64,000 nucleotides of DNA, taken from Octopus vulgaris (taxonomy: Eukaryota). The notes under the pieces are model-generated. The model was not told the origin of the DNA, made no database searches, and worked only from the letters and a program-made list of their open reading frames with translations. The stretch covers positions 97,402,001 to 97,466,000 of the forward strand of contig OX597814.1 in assembly GCA_951406725.2 (NCBI GenBank), in the 5' to 3' direction. The translations under genes were made by a program, and so were the position numbers. Shown piece after piece: positions 1 to 12,436 of the stretch. Position 1 is the stretch's first letter. The number at the start of each line of letters is the position of its first letter.

Positions 1-109
1 CATTAGGTGTGTATACACCTGTTAAAATAAGTATATGTATGCCATGTATATAGCAGTCTGTAAGTGGATATATCTAAACAGACTCATCTATAATATCAAT
101 ATCTATACC

Positions 110-140
110 ATTATTATATTATTATTATTATTATCATTAA

Positions 141-200
<60 letters not shown>

Positions 201-311
201 CATCATCATAATTTTTTTTTCTTCTTACAAATTTTAAAATATTTACTTATACGTTTGCTCTGGCAGAATATATCTTCAGCTCACCTGTCTGACTGCTATT
301 TGCTCACTTTC

Positions 312-364
<53 letters not shown>

Positions 365-487
365 GTACATATATACATACATACATTATATATATATATA
401 TATACATACACACACATGTGCACACACACATGTGCACACACACATACATACACATGTGCACACACACACACATGCACATACACACAA

Positions 488-522
<35 letters not shown>

Positions 523-528
523 CATATA
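110..528. repeat. Compound microsatellites (ATT)n, (CA)n, (TA)n
   Basis: Direct reading of tandem units; explains ORF-track entries 255-674. Confidence 0.95.
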
Positions 529-984
529 TGGAATGAGAAATACAAGCAATACAGATGTAAGGCAAGTGTGTATGAGTATGGCATTAGTAAAGCCAATAAT
601 AATATATGCTTTGTAAAACGGCCAAAAGAATGAACAAAAGGAAATAAGAAGAGAAGAAATGAAATAATAAACATTAGAGATTAGCAGAAAAAGAAAAGCT
701 ACAGAAAACAGCAGGGAGTGGTTCCAAAACCTAAATTTAACAAAAAAATTTATTAAATTGAAATAAAAACTATACAGTGTTTAATAGATATTCAGATAAC
801 TTAATTAACTAAATCTACATAAGCAGCAAAAAGTAGATAAATAAATATACACATAGATAAATAAAATCTTTCAACACCTTGTGTGGAATTTTTTACAGTT
901 CATGTATTTTGAGGTCACTATTTTCCTTTAATAATTATTAGTTTTGATGGATGCTTCTATGTTTGTAAAAAATGCAGCCGCAGC

Positions 985-1570
985 TGCAGGTATGGCTGTA
1001 TGGTAAGAAGTTTGCTTCCCAAACCACATGGTTCCAGGTTCACTCCTACTGTGTGGCACTGAAAGGAAAATGTCTTCTACTATAACCTCAGTCCTTTCCA
1101 CTGGAAGTACAAGGCCTCAAATTTTGGGGAAGGGATTAAGTCGATTACATTGACTCCAGTGTGTAACTGGTACTTATTTAATTGACCCCAAAAGGATGAA
1201 AAGCAAAGCTGACCTCTGCTGAATTTGAACTCAGAACATAGCAACAGACGAAATACTGCTAAGCATTTCACCTGGCATGCTAACAATTCTGCCAGTTTGA
1301 GTCCAATCAAACACTTGCTCGACGGAAACTTGAAGAAGACTGTCATATCTGTGTGTGTGTGTTTATTTGTGTCTGTGTTTGTCCCCTAACACTGCTTGAC
1401 CACTGCTTGATAATTGGTGTTGATGTGTTTATGTTCCTGTAATACTAAGTACTAAGCTTATATAAAAAGAGAAGTATAAGGATTGATTCACTTGCACATA
1501 ATTCCTCAGTGCAGTGCCCCAGCATGGCCATAGTCTAATGACTGAAACAAATAAGAAGAAAAATAAAGAT
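985..1570 (+). mobile_element. tRNA-derived SINE (family A) interrupted by a minus-strand family B SINE (~1100-1300)
   Basis: Head tggctgtatggtaag...ggttcactc (Pol III A/B box-like), internal (TG)n and tail gtgccccagcatggccatagtctaatgactgaaac. Same layout as the cleaner copy at 51165-51608. Confidence 0.8.
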
Positions 1571-1582
1571 GCTACAAAAAGA

Positions 1583-1950
1583 TAGCTGTGTGGTTAAGAA
1601 GCTCACTTGGCAATCATATGCTTCCAGGTTCAGTCCCACTGTGCAGCACATTGGGCAAGTATCTTCTACTATAGCCCTAGCTCAACAAATGCCTTGTGGG
1701 TGAATTTGTTAGATAGAAACTGTGTGGAAACCCTTTGTTTATTTGTATGTGTGTGTGTCTGAGAGAGAGAATTAGAGTGTGTTTGTCCCTTACTACCTAG
1801 CAACTGATGGTGATTTGTTTGGTATGAGACCAATAGAATAAGTACCAGTTAAAAATAAGTATTTGGGTTGGCTTATTCAATGAAATCCTTCAAGGCAATG
1901 CCTCAGCATGCTTACAGTCCAATGACTGAAACAAACAAATAAAAGATAAA
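1583..1950 (+). mobile_element. tRNA-derived SINE (family A)
   Basis: gctgtgtggttaagaag...ggttcagtcccactgtg...gggcaagtatcttctactatagcc, then tail cagcatg...gactgaaac. Confidence 0.8.
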
Positions 1951-2617
1951 GAAAAAAGGTAATGCCAATCTCTCAATAAAACTTACAGCATGCTGAGCAT
2001 CATATAGATCTGTAGGGAGAAGGCCATCAAATTGGCTATGGAGGCAACAGAGGTTGTTTCAATGTGGCTGTGGATGAAGAAGTGATGCATTGATGGGAAG
2101 TTACTACCTGGAGTAATACAAACTGCTAACTGGGCATAAGCTGTGTCTGATCAGCACTGGCTCGTTGTTCACATGGATGAAAGCATCTGATTTTTGAAAG
2201 ATTTAGTCCATCTGTCATCAATGACTCTATCATTGATGATGTGTCCAGGTTCATTATATGATGATGAATAGGAAAGAAAAAACGATTCTGACAACAACAT
2301 TTTCTTATTAATTATTAGTCTGTTTTCATCAATGTTTAACGTGAACTTTTCCATGCTTACATGGGATAGATGGAATTTATAGAGGCAGATTTCTTATGGT
2401 TGGATGCCCTTCTTGTCACCAGCCTTCATCTCTTTCCAACTAAGGTAATGTTTCCCCATGAGAAGACATGTCTTAGAATATTGGAAATGAAGGACACCTT
2501 CATGATGGTGATACTCATTTACAATTATAATGTGATGTCACGGAAAGGAGATAGTAATACACATGCAAAAACATGCACACACATATCTGTCTATCTGTCT
2601 GTGTATCTATCTATCTA

Positions 2618-3008
<391 letters not shown>

Positions 3009-3499
3009 TCACTCATGCATACATATGCACGCATACATACACACATGCATACACATACTCACACATGCATGCATATATACATACAGTCAGATAGACAATG
3101 GGCTTCTTTCAGTTTCCATCTACTAGATCCACTCATAAGCCTTTAGTCAGTCTGAGTCAATAGCAGCAGACAATTCCCTAAGGTGCCACACAATGGAAAA
3201 GAACCCAAAACCTTGTAGTTGGGAAACAAACTTCTTACCACACAGTCATGTCTGCATCTATACTTTATATTTGTAAAATATACCGACATTTTGAAAACCA
3301 AAAACGAGATTGATATTAAAATTACATTTCCTTTTTTTTTATTCGTTAATGTGTCTTGTAATAAAAGGTAACAAGAGACAATCTAATTCTTTTGATTGGT
3401 TTTTAAAGATAATGCACAATAAACATTCTTAGTTGGCTTTTATAATATAATTATATTATTATTAAACTACTTCAACAACTCTACCTTTATCATTTTCCT

Positions 3500-3972
3500 C
3501 CTCATCATCATCATCTTCCTCCCCATCATCATAAATATAAATCATTGTTGTCAGCTGCATTGATGATAATGATGACCACCAGCACCACTGTAATTATCAT
3601 CATCACCATCATCGACATGGTTGTCATCATTGTTGTCACCATCATCATCACTGTTGTCATCAACACCACTGTTATCATCCTCATTGCTATCATCATCATC
3701 ATCAACACTGTCATCATCGTCATCATCATTGTCATTATCATCATCATCATCATCAACATCATCATCATCATCATCGTCATTGTCATCATCATCACCATCA
3801 TCATCATTCCCCCCATCAGTTGTTGCAGCAGTGTCATCACCATCACCGCCAGTGGCAGCAACAGCATGATGACGATGATCGTCACCATTATCGCTTTCAC
3901 CACCACCATTATCATCATCATCATCATCGTCACCGTCATCATCATTGTCGTCATCATCATTGTCATCATCTC
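3500..3972. repeat. Degenerate (CAT)n trinucleotide tract
   Basis: About 470 bp of cat/cgt/tgt/cac units; produces poly-I, poly-D, poly-M and poly-S ORFs in different frames. Confidence 0.9.
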
Positions 3973-3979
3973 CTTGTAG

Positions 3980-4076
3980 GTGTATAAAAATAGGGAAATC
4001 AATTGCACAAACAAAATTTCTTTTGCCTTCCACTGTGGCTGACAAAACAGAGCAGATAGCAATGCTTATAAGATAG
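3980..4076 (+). other. Possible terminal coding exon of an unidentified gene
   Basis: Acceptor ctccttgtag|G, open frame CIKIGKSIAQTKFLLPSTVADKTEQIAMLIR*, then non-repetitive sequence with AATAAA (~4363, 4591). No homology recognised. Confidence 0.25.
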
Positions 4077-5039
4077 TATAATCTGTTGGAGTATATTTCA
4101 TAATTACAAATCACTCAACACAAGTCACTAGTAAGGTGAACACAAAGAAAGCTATACTATTATGCAACCGATAACTGTCAGCTCTGTTTTCCATCTGTGG
4201 TCAATGACAGCTTCAACATGAAACTGATCCGCATACTTTTATTTGTATCTTGTATTGTTGATTGATGAAAGTTTTCTTTAACGAGAAAATGATTCTTTCA
4301 CTATTAGTAATTTTCCACGGGCTCATTATCTGCTAATATTTGTTTTTTGAAGAGACAGATTAGGCAATAAAATCTGATAGCAAAGTAAACAGATCTCAAT
4401 GTACTTCTAAGTAGTTTCCCTCCAATTGGTCTAATCTTGAGTTTAAGTAGCAATTTTTTTTTAATCAAAGCAAATGTGAACATAGAAGTTAGAATTAAAA
4501 TGATAATTATCATAATTTTTAATAGTATCAATGGTAGCCTTCTTCTGGTTGAGTTGTTAATACTAGGTCAATCTTTGTATGAGTTAACTCAATAAAGGGT
4601 GGGTCATGTAAGGTAATTATTATGATAGAGAAGTTCTTGGTGGATGTATGGAGTGTATGGTTTGGCATGGTCTCTATGGCTAGATGCCCTTCCTATTGAC
4701 AACCACTTTATAATATTCCTGGATGCTTTTTATTTTTTGTGACACCAGCAATAATGTGGTTGCCAAGTAACTTGCAAGACAACATAAAGAAGGAAAATGA
4801 AAAAAAAACCCTTTGACTGAGTAGGAGTATATTTGATAGAGAGGGAGGTGACTCTATTCTGGGTGTTCAAGGCTAAAGTATGATAGATGGATAAGCACTG
4901 ATATTTTACTTAAAAGAAGCTACATGGCTGCATTCTGTGAGGATTGGTGAGAGTAGCTGGAAAACATGAACTTTAAATAGAATTACAAATTCTATTCAGA
5001 TTATATCAACATTATTCATTCAGCAGAATTACAAATTCT

Positions 5040-5700
5040 TTTATATGAATAGAATTAGTATAACCTTCATAGAAGAGTGTAGGTGGAACAATCAAGAATG
5101 GCTGGATAAGTAATAGGATAATTAAATGTGTACTAGTAATGACAGTGTAATTGCATCTATGATATCTACCTGTGCCCCATGTGTAGAATTAACTGACAGG
5201 CAAAGCCTTATGTATGCTTCTTTGAGTATTGTTGACAGTGGTATCATAATCATAATTGGCAAAATTCATTGGTTATATCAGAAAATACAAAGACAGGTAT
5301 AATGGTGTGCCTGGAAGCTATGACCATGACACAAGGAATGAAGAGAGATGCAAATCACCTTATCCTTCATAACACTAACATTAGAAAACCATCTTTCAAG
5401 TGTTCACTCAGGTGAGCATTCAGTTAGAATAAGTTTGTACTTTCCAACCAGTAAATAGAGACAAGCAGAAGACTGAATGCCAAATGTTTAACTGGCAGAT
5501 AACTGACTCTGTCAATTGAACTGAGAATGAAGAGGACTTAGAAGCAATAAAAGACAAGAGGAAAGAAAGTATGGCTGATAAAACTTCTAAACATCACTAG
5601 GTAACACCTTTTCAGATATGAGTCAGAGTAGAGAATAAGGACAGCATTGACCTCATGCTGCAAGCCACTGTCCAGGTTTGGTGATGGACAATAGTTGTGT
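5040..5700 (+). pseudogene. Highly decayed RTE-clade LINE, AP-endonuclease region
   Basis: ggtgtgcctggaagctatgaccatgacacaaggaatgaagag = GVPGSYDHDTRNEE, resembling the RTE APE motif GVHGGxGxGxRNxEG. Followed by NTNIRKP...SGEHS-like remnants; many frameshifts. Confidence 0.5.
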
Positions 5701-6176
5701 AGATCGTTATAAAAGCTAATTGACAAACCTGAAAGGAAAGGAAAATGTCAGGTCTATTTATCAAGGATGGAACCTGAGAGTAGCTGATTTGCTAATGTAC
5801 TGTGCCACTTAATTTGTGTTAAACTGAATCCAACAAACTGCTTTAACATCATCACCTGGCCTTTGGGTGTCTTAAATGAAGTTTGCTCTACTGCAAATAT
5901 TCAGGCCACATCTTGGAGGTGACTTTCACCTCCCCAACTCACCCAACTTCAAAAGGATGATGGCCACCTGCCCCTCCTAAGTCTTAGAAAAAATGAGATT
6001 GAGAAGCCTGAACTATGAAATAGTTTGTTCATATGAATCAGAATGTCACTGCAAAGTGTGAATTACACACTTACTATCAGTGACATTAAACCAAAAGATG
6101 CATGGAGATATTACAGTAAGTAGCAGAAACATGACACTGTGTAACTTGATTTTTTTTTCCTTGAGTAGCAACTGTT

Positions 6177-6553
6177 ATTTCCTATTTGCTTACCCCTAGA
6201 ATGTATGAAAAATGGATAATATTTCTTTCAAACTTTGCTTTTGTTACATTTATTCAAACTCTGAAGAATCCTTCTCAACACTACTCCACTATAATCAGAG
6301 ATGCACGTATCATTACCCACTAAGAGACATGCTCAAGTGGTTATGGTCAGACAACTCATAAGCAAATCTGTGGTATTGAGCAGAATATTCACTAATATGA
6401 GATTTCTGCATCAGCAACTTGGCCCTGAACCTGTCTGAAATGTAATGGAAAATAGGTCAGTTTCAAAATATTAATGTCCAAGTCACAAAAGCAAAGTTTG
6501 AAGGGAATGGTAGTCATTTCCTTTGATTTCTAGATAGTAGCAAATAGGAAATA
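6177..6553. mobile_element. MITE with ~75 bp imperfect terminal inverted repeats
   Basis: Left tatttcctatttgct...ttcaaactttgcttttgttac; right gtcacaaaagcaaagtttgaa...agcaaataggaaata. Confidence 0.7.
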
Positions 6554-6809
6554 GTACTTACTGACCAAACACACACAAAAAAAATTATTTTTGTTACACA
6601 ATGTAATAGATAAAGGTGGAATAGTGAAGAGAAAAGGACCAAGATTAAAGTCAAATCCAGTATGGTTAGCAAGGCTATAAAGCAAGGACAGCAACAGGTC
6701 TATCAGAAACTGTTGCTGAGATGTTGAAAACATTAGGCCACAAATAATTCCCATAGTCAAATAAATCTTATGCTGATGAGGAAGAGAAGTTAAATGTTTT
6801 CAAACAATG

Positions 6810-7040
6810 GGCATGGCTATGTGGTTAAGAAGTTCACTTTGCAATCAGGTACTTTCAGGTTCAATTCCATTGCACTGCACCTTGAGCAAGTGTCTTCTAC
6901 TATAGCCTCAGGTTGACCAGTACCTTGTAAATGAATTTGGAAGGCGGAAACTGCGTGGAAGCCCATCATGTATGTATGTATGTATGTATGTATGTATGTA
7001 TGTATGTATGTATGTATTTGTAAATGTGTGTGTGTTTGAG
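6810..7040 (+). mobile_element. SINE family A, 5' half
   Basis: gggcatggctatgtggttaagaag...ggttcaattcc...gtgtcttctactatagcc, followed by (TATG)n. Confidence 0.75.
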
Positions 7041-7544
7041 ATGATGAGGATGATAATGATGAAATTAAGGCATTTTTTATATTTAATGATAGATAAAACA
7101 TCTCATTTAAGAACAAATACTCTAAAATTCAATAAAACAGTTCAAAATTTGATGATGTATTCTTATTAATTTATAAGCTTTTATATAAGCTTCTTAGATG
7201 TAATAAATGAATATCCTATTTAAAACTCTGCAATCAAAATTTAGATTGAAATGTATATAAAATCATGTTCATTTAGATTTTTATTATAAATATTCACTGA
7301 AGAGAAGAGAAAAATGAGAGATGAAGATGGTAGTAAAAAATAAGGAAAATGTTACTGTAATATGATAGATTGCTACTACTGAGATATGAATCTCTTGCTA
7401 TAAAATTATCAGAATGAGAACTACTATAAAATAGGTGTATGTTCCATAGTAATTTGAGCTCTGCTTTTTTTGGTATTATGTAATAGCTATTTCTAAAGAG
7501 TGGATAGAAAATGATGATGGTGTATTTGTTCAGTAGAAATGGAT

Positions 7545-7755
7545 TTCAAATTTTGGCATAAGGCTAGCAAGTTCAGGGGTGTGGGTACGTCACTTACATC
7601 AACCGAAATGCTCAACTGGTACTTATTTTATTAATCCCAAAAGGATGAAAGGTAAAGCTGCCCTTGGTGGAATTTGAACTCACAACATAGAGACAGATGA
7701 AATGCTGCTCAGCATTTTGCCTGGTGAGATAACAATTTTGCCAGCTCACTGCCTT
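7545..7755 (-). mobile_element. tRNA-derived SINE family B (MetaSINE-like central domain)
   Basis: Reverse complement of ggcggcgagctggcagaa...gagttcaaattcc...gcctttcatcctttcggggtcgataaa...agtacc. Other copies at ~9575-9765, 21575-21760, 22685-22890, 35765-35980, 50095-50230, 56045-56260, 59200-59325. Confidence 0.8.
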
Positions 7756-7816
7756 AGTTGTGCAATAGATATTAAAAGTGTTTTGTAATAATATTCAGCA
7801 TTATTATATATATATG

Positions 7817-7965
7817 ATGTTAGGAAGGGCATCCAGCCATAAAAAAAACCAAACCAAAACAGACAATGAAGCATGGTGCAGTCTTCTGCCTAGCCAGCTC
7901 CTCTCAAACCATCTAACCCACACCAGCATGAAAAGCAGACGTTAAATGATGATGATGATGATATT
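7817..7965 (+). mobile_element. 3' end of the RTE LINE family with (GAT)n tail
   Basis: ttaggaagggcatccagcc...aacccacaccagcatgaaaagcagacgttaaatgatgatgat, matching the 3' UTR of the RTE at 10765-12013. Other tail copies at ~9025-9120(-), 13330-13600(-), 14120-14370(-), 15075-15326(+), 25475-25590(+), 27870-27955(+). Confidence 0.75.
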
Positions 7966-10764
7966 GTGACTAAGATGATGATGATGATGATGATGATATT
8001 GTGACTAATTTTTAAATTAGCTCCTTCAAGTTAATCAAAATGAACATTTTATGAAATTCTACAGAAAATTCAGTCAAACTTATTTTTCTTTCAACAAATA
8101 TCTTCTATAACTGAGCTTTATCACTACCTAAAACACTGAAAGCATCATTTTATCATATTTGTCTGCATACTGGATTCTTTTGAGCTCTCTACAAATTATA
8201 TTGCACTCACTGACTTTGTTATAAATATCTGTATCATAACATTAAAATAACATTTATCCATTCACCAGATCATTCTTCTATTTCCAGGCATTAATTTTCT
8301 GTGGCTTTAGATAATCTCTGAAAACATATTACTCCAGAATTGTATTTGCTTTCCTGAAATTGTTAATCTTATTTAATATCTCACAATCTATATTCTTTCA
8401 TTTTTCCTTCACATGAACCAATACATTCTATGAAGGTTACAAAACACAACCATCTTTCCTGCATACACCAGTTAATGCTTTTGATGTCAGTTATTATAGG
8501 CTAAGTTAATTTCTCTTCAATCCCATGTCATAAAACACTTGCTATGTTTCAGTAGCATCATACTTCTTACAGATGTCTGATACAATTTGTCTTCATTAAA
8601 AAAATAAAAGAACTTGGTTGCTAACTAACAGAGGTAGTTTTCTACTAAACATTTATAATTCCACTTAAAACGTAGCCATTATTCTATGAATCATTCTTTT
8701 CTTGTTCCTGTTAGGCAAAATAACATGATCGATCTATTTTCAGACAGTTAAATCTTTAGACATTCAATCTATAGTAACTGCTATTTTTAGCTCTTACAAG
8801 TTTATGAGTTTTGTGGATACTCTTACGAACTGGTGTTAGACAATGGCAATTTGACTTTTATATCTTTTAAATACAAACTTTCCTTCCAAATTTCAGTGCT
8901 AGAGTTAATTTTCCAATGTGAAATGAATCCTCCTCCCCCTCCCCCTCCCCCTCCTCCTCCTCATCATCATCATCATCACCACCACCACCACCACCACTAC
9001 TACCATCACCATAACCATCACCATCATCATTTAATGTCTGTTTTCCATGCTGGCATTGGTTGGACTGTTTGACAGAAGCTGGTGCACCAAAGGACTGCAT
9101 TAAGCTCCATTGCTTGCTTTTTCCACAGCTGAAGTAGATATTGGAGCCTGGCAATTCTGAAAACCAGGACATGAAGAGAACCATTGTAAACATTTACTTT
9201 TACCTAAAGTTCTATTTTAGAGCTCTCATAAAAAAAGAAAGAAATAACACTTGTCTTGAGACATCTTCTCACAGCTGGCCTTTCTGTTGACCACATGGCT
9301 ACAAAGATCAGATGCTTATCAAAATATTTTCTGTGTTAAGAAATGCAACTAAAAGGTGTTTTGTAATTTTTTTTTTTTTTTTGCCAAATATTTCAGAGTA
9401 TTTGCACTTGTAGAAATCTATCATCCTTATCATGTGAACACACTATTACAAAAACACAAGATTAATAATAAATTTCACCCTTCATCATCACATATTGATG
9501 GTGCTAGCCCCATTGAAAGATGAAGGCTAGTCTCCAGTAATTTTGATACAGGCTTGCTCTGTTAATATAGTCCTTTCTACTAAAGGCACAAGGCCTGAAA
9601 TCTGGGAGAGGGGACTAGTTGAATACATCAACCCCAACGTTTCACTGGTACTTAATTTACTGACCTCGAAAGGATGAAAGGTAGAGCCAACCATTGTAGA
9701 ATTTGAACTCAGAAGATTGCGATGGGCGAAATACTGTTAAGCATTTCGTCCAGCTTGCCACCTTGCTCTATTAATATTATAAACAAAGTTTTGTTTCCAA
9801 CAATTTATCAAGACATTACATTCTTATTATTAGTACATGTGAAGAAATCTATTAAGAGTGTCTTTATATTCCAAGTATGCCATCATTTATTCTTAACAGG
9901 TTGTTATGGAAACTTATTTCCTATTCACTTAAACCTAAGCTGTGAACATGCAATAAATGCTGTTTATTGGCCTCTTTTCAACATTAGTATAGGCTGCATT
10001 GCGTAAAAACAGAACATAACAAAACTTATCAACAGAACAAGAATGGACGGACATACACACACACACCCACACACACACAAACACACACACACAAACACAC
10101 AAACACACACACACATGCATACCTATACATACACACATATATTTCTGAATCAAAGATCAAAATGATAAAGAAATCTAAAGAGGACTTTATATGAGTTAAA
10201 TATAACTGAGAGTAAATGTATGTCTGTAAGGGCAATTATGTAAATGCAATGTAATTAAAACTTTATGAGACATAAACATGCTATTTAGATAATTGGCCAA
10301 ATAATTGAGGAGTTATCCATAAATTGAAAGGGGAAGAGAGAGAGAAAGAGGGGGAGAGAGAAAGACAGAGAGAGAGAGATAAAGAGAGGGATAGAAAGAG
10401 AAGACAAATCATACTTTCTAAGATTTGGATTTTTAAAATGTAACCATCAAACTGTTTAGTCTTAACTGATTTTCTCTTTTTGACAGGGATTTTTCTAACT
10501 TTTTTCATGACAGCCTTGGAAATAATGGAGGGAAACCTTTTATGAAAAGACATTTTTCAAAATTTATGATTCTCAAATGGACTGATTTCAGTCAATTTTT
10601 TTGTTGTCCTACAAAACATAAAAACGATGGGAGAAGCCATTTCAGTTAAAAAGAAAAATCTAATATTTTTAGGCAAAAAAAGGTCTGTGATTTAAGGGAG
10701 ATTTAGCTGTTATCTCCAGCAAATTCCACAATCACTAGGTACCTTTCTCAGAATTGCATGTATG

Positions 10765-12011
10765 TCACCATCATCCTCATCATCATGCTAGTATGGGTTG
10801 GACAGTTTGACTGAGGGCTGGTAAGCCAGAAGGCTGCACCAGGCTCTAATCTGACCTGGCAAAGTTTCTACAGCTGGATACCCTTCCTAATGCCAACCAC
10901 TCTGAGAGTGTAGTGGATGCTTTTTACATACCATGAGGGCCAGTCAGGAGGTACTGGCATTGACCATGCTTGAATGGTGCTTTTTATGTGCCACTAGCAT
11001 GGGTGCCGATCAGGCAGTACTGTCATCAGCCATGACAATGGCTTTACTTGCCTCAACAGGTCTTCACAAGTGCAGTTTATTGCCCAATGATTGAAGAGTA
11101 CTCTTAAATGGGCCGGTTATGCTGCACTGGCATAGGCCATGGTTATGGTCTTACTTGGCTTGCCTGATCTTCTGAAGCACAACATATCTCCAAAGGTCTC
11201 AGTCACTTGTCATCACCTTCGTGAAGCCCACTGTTTGAAGATCGTGCTTCACCACCCTATCCCAGGTCTTCCTGAGTCTACCTCTTCCACAGTTTCCCTC
11301 TATTGCTAAGGTGTGACACTTTTTCACATAGCTGTTCTCATCCATACACAACACATGATCATACCAATGCAATTGTCTCTCTTGCACACCACATCGAATG
11401 CTTCTTATGTCCAACTTTTCTCTCAGTGTGCTTACACTCTGCTATGTATGCACACTGACATTACACATCCAGTGGAGCATACTAGCGTCATTCCTTGCAA
11501 GCTTATGCATGTTCTCAGCAGTCACAGCCCATGTATCACTGTTATGTAACATGGCTGTTTGCGCAAATGCATCATACAGTCTACCTTTTACTCTGAGCAA
11601 GAGGCCCTTTGTCACCAGCAGAGGTAGGAGCTCTCTGAACTTTGCCCTAGCTATTCTTATTCTAGCAGCTACACTCTCAGAGCAGCTACCCACCGCTACT
11701 GACTTGGTCACCTAGGTAAAAGAAGCTATAAACTACTTGTAGTTTTCCCCCCTGGCATGTGAAGGAAGCTGTTTTCTGCATGTTTTCGGTGTTTATTGTT
11801 CCTGAGCATTTGCCACACACAAAAACTATCTTCCCAGTTAGCCTTCCTTTGATATTGCTGCACCTCTTATGTGTCCATAGCTTATACCAGCTACATCTTA
11901 TAAAGTTTCTACCTACACCTTTTCTACAGATTGAGCAGAGCCATCTACCTGAAAGGATTTGTGATTTGTCTGCCTTCCTACTTATCAAGACTTTAATTTT
12001 TGCTTGATTGA

Positions 12012-12013
<2 letters not shown>
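10765..12013 (-). mobile_element. 5'-truncated, frameshifted RTE-clade LINE (RT C-terminus with PHD-type finger, 3' UTR, (ATG)n tail)
   Basis: ORF pieces FFYLGDQVSSGG / SESVAARIRIARAKFRELLPLL...KGRLYDAF...MLHNSDTW / RQLHWYDHVLCMDEN...GRGRLRKTW are typical RTE RT thumb and C-terminal motifs. Confidence 0.9.
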
Positions 12014-12056
<43 letters not shown>

Positions 12057-12059
<3 letters not shown>

Positions 12060-12436
12060 TTGCGTCAAAAATTAATTAGCACTTCTCAAATTTCTACATT
12101 AAATAGGTTAAATCAATTAACCTATGAGCTGTTCAAAACGTTTTACGCGATGAGAAAACTTAGTATGGTGTGATTTCGGTCCTTGCGAGGCGCTACCTAT
12201 ATCTATTAAACAAAGGAAGTTTGTCTGCATCCGCATTCCAAGTTGTTGTTGCACTGCTATGTCAACATCATAAGGCTGTAGACTCTCAAACTGCTCTGCA
12301 AACAAAGTTACGTCATCGTTCTGCGCAACAGTGAACTTGCAACAAAGCAATAGTTCGAGATATGGCCACTAGGTGACAGCACATACCTTGAGTGAAGAGC
12401 AAATCAAGGGTGCTAATTAATTTCTGACGGTAGTGT
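12057..12436. mobile_element. Tc1/mariner-type MITE in (TA)n
   Basis: Left tacttgcgtcaaaaattaattagcac versus right gtgctaattaatttctgacggtagtg, with TA runs on both sides. Confidence 0.8.

Noticed and set aside
3529-4114. Poly-Asp, poly-Met and poly-Ile ORFs resembling acidic biomineral proteins
   Set aside because: All arise from one degenerate (CAT)n tract; there is no signal peptide or frame-specific constraint.
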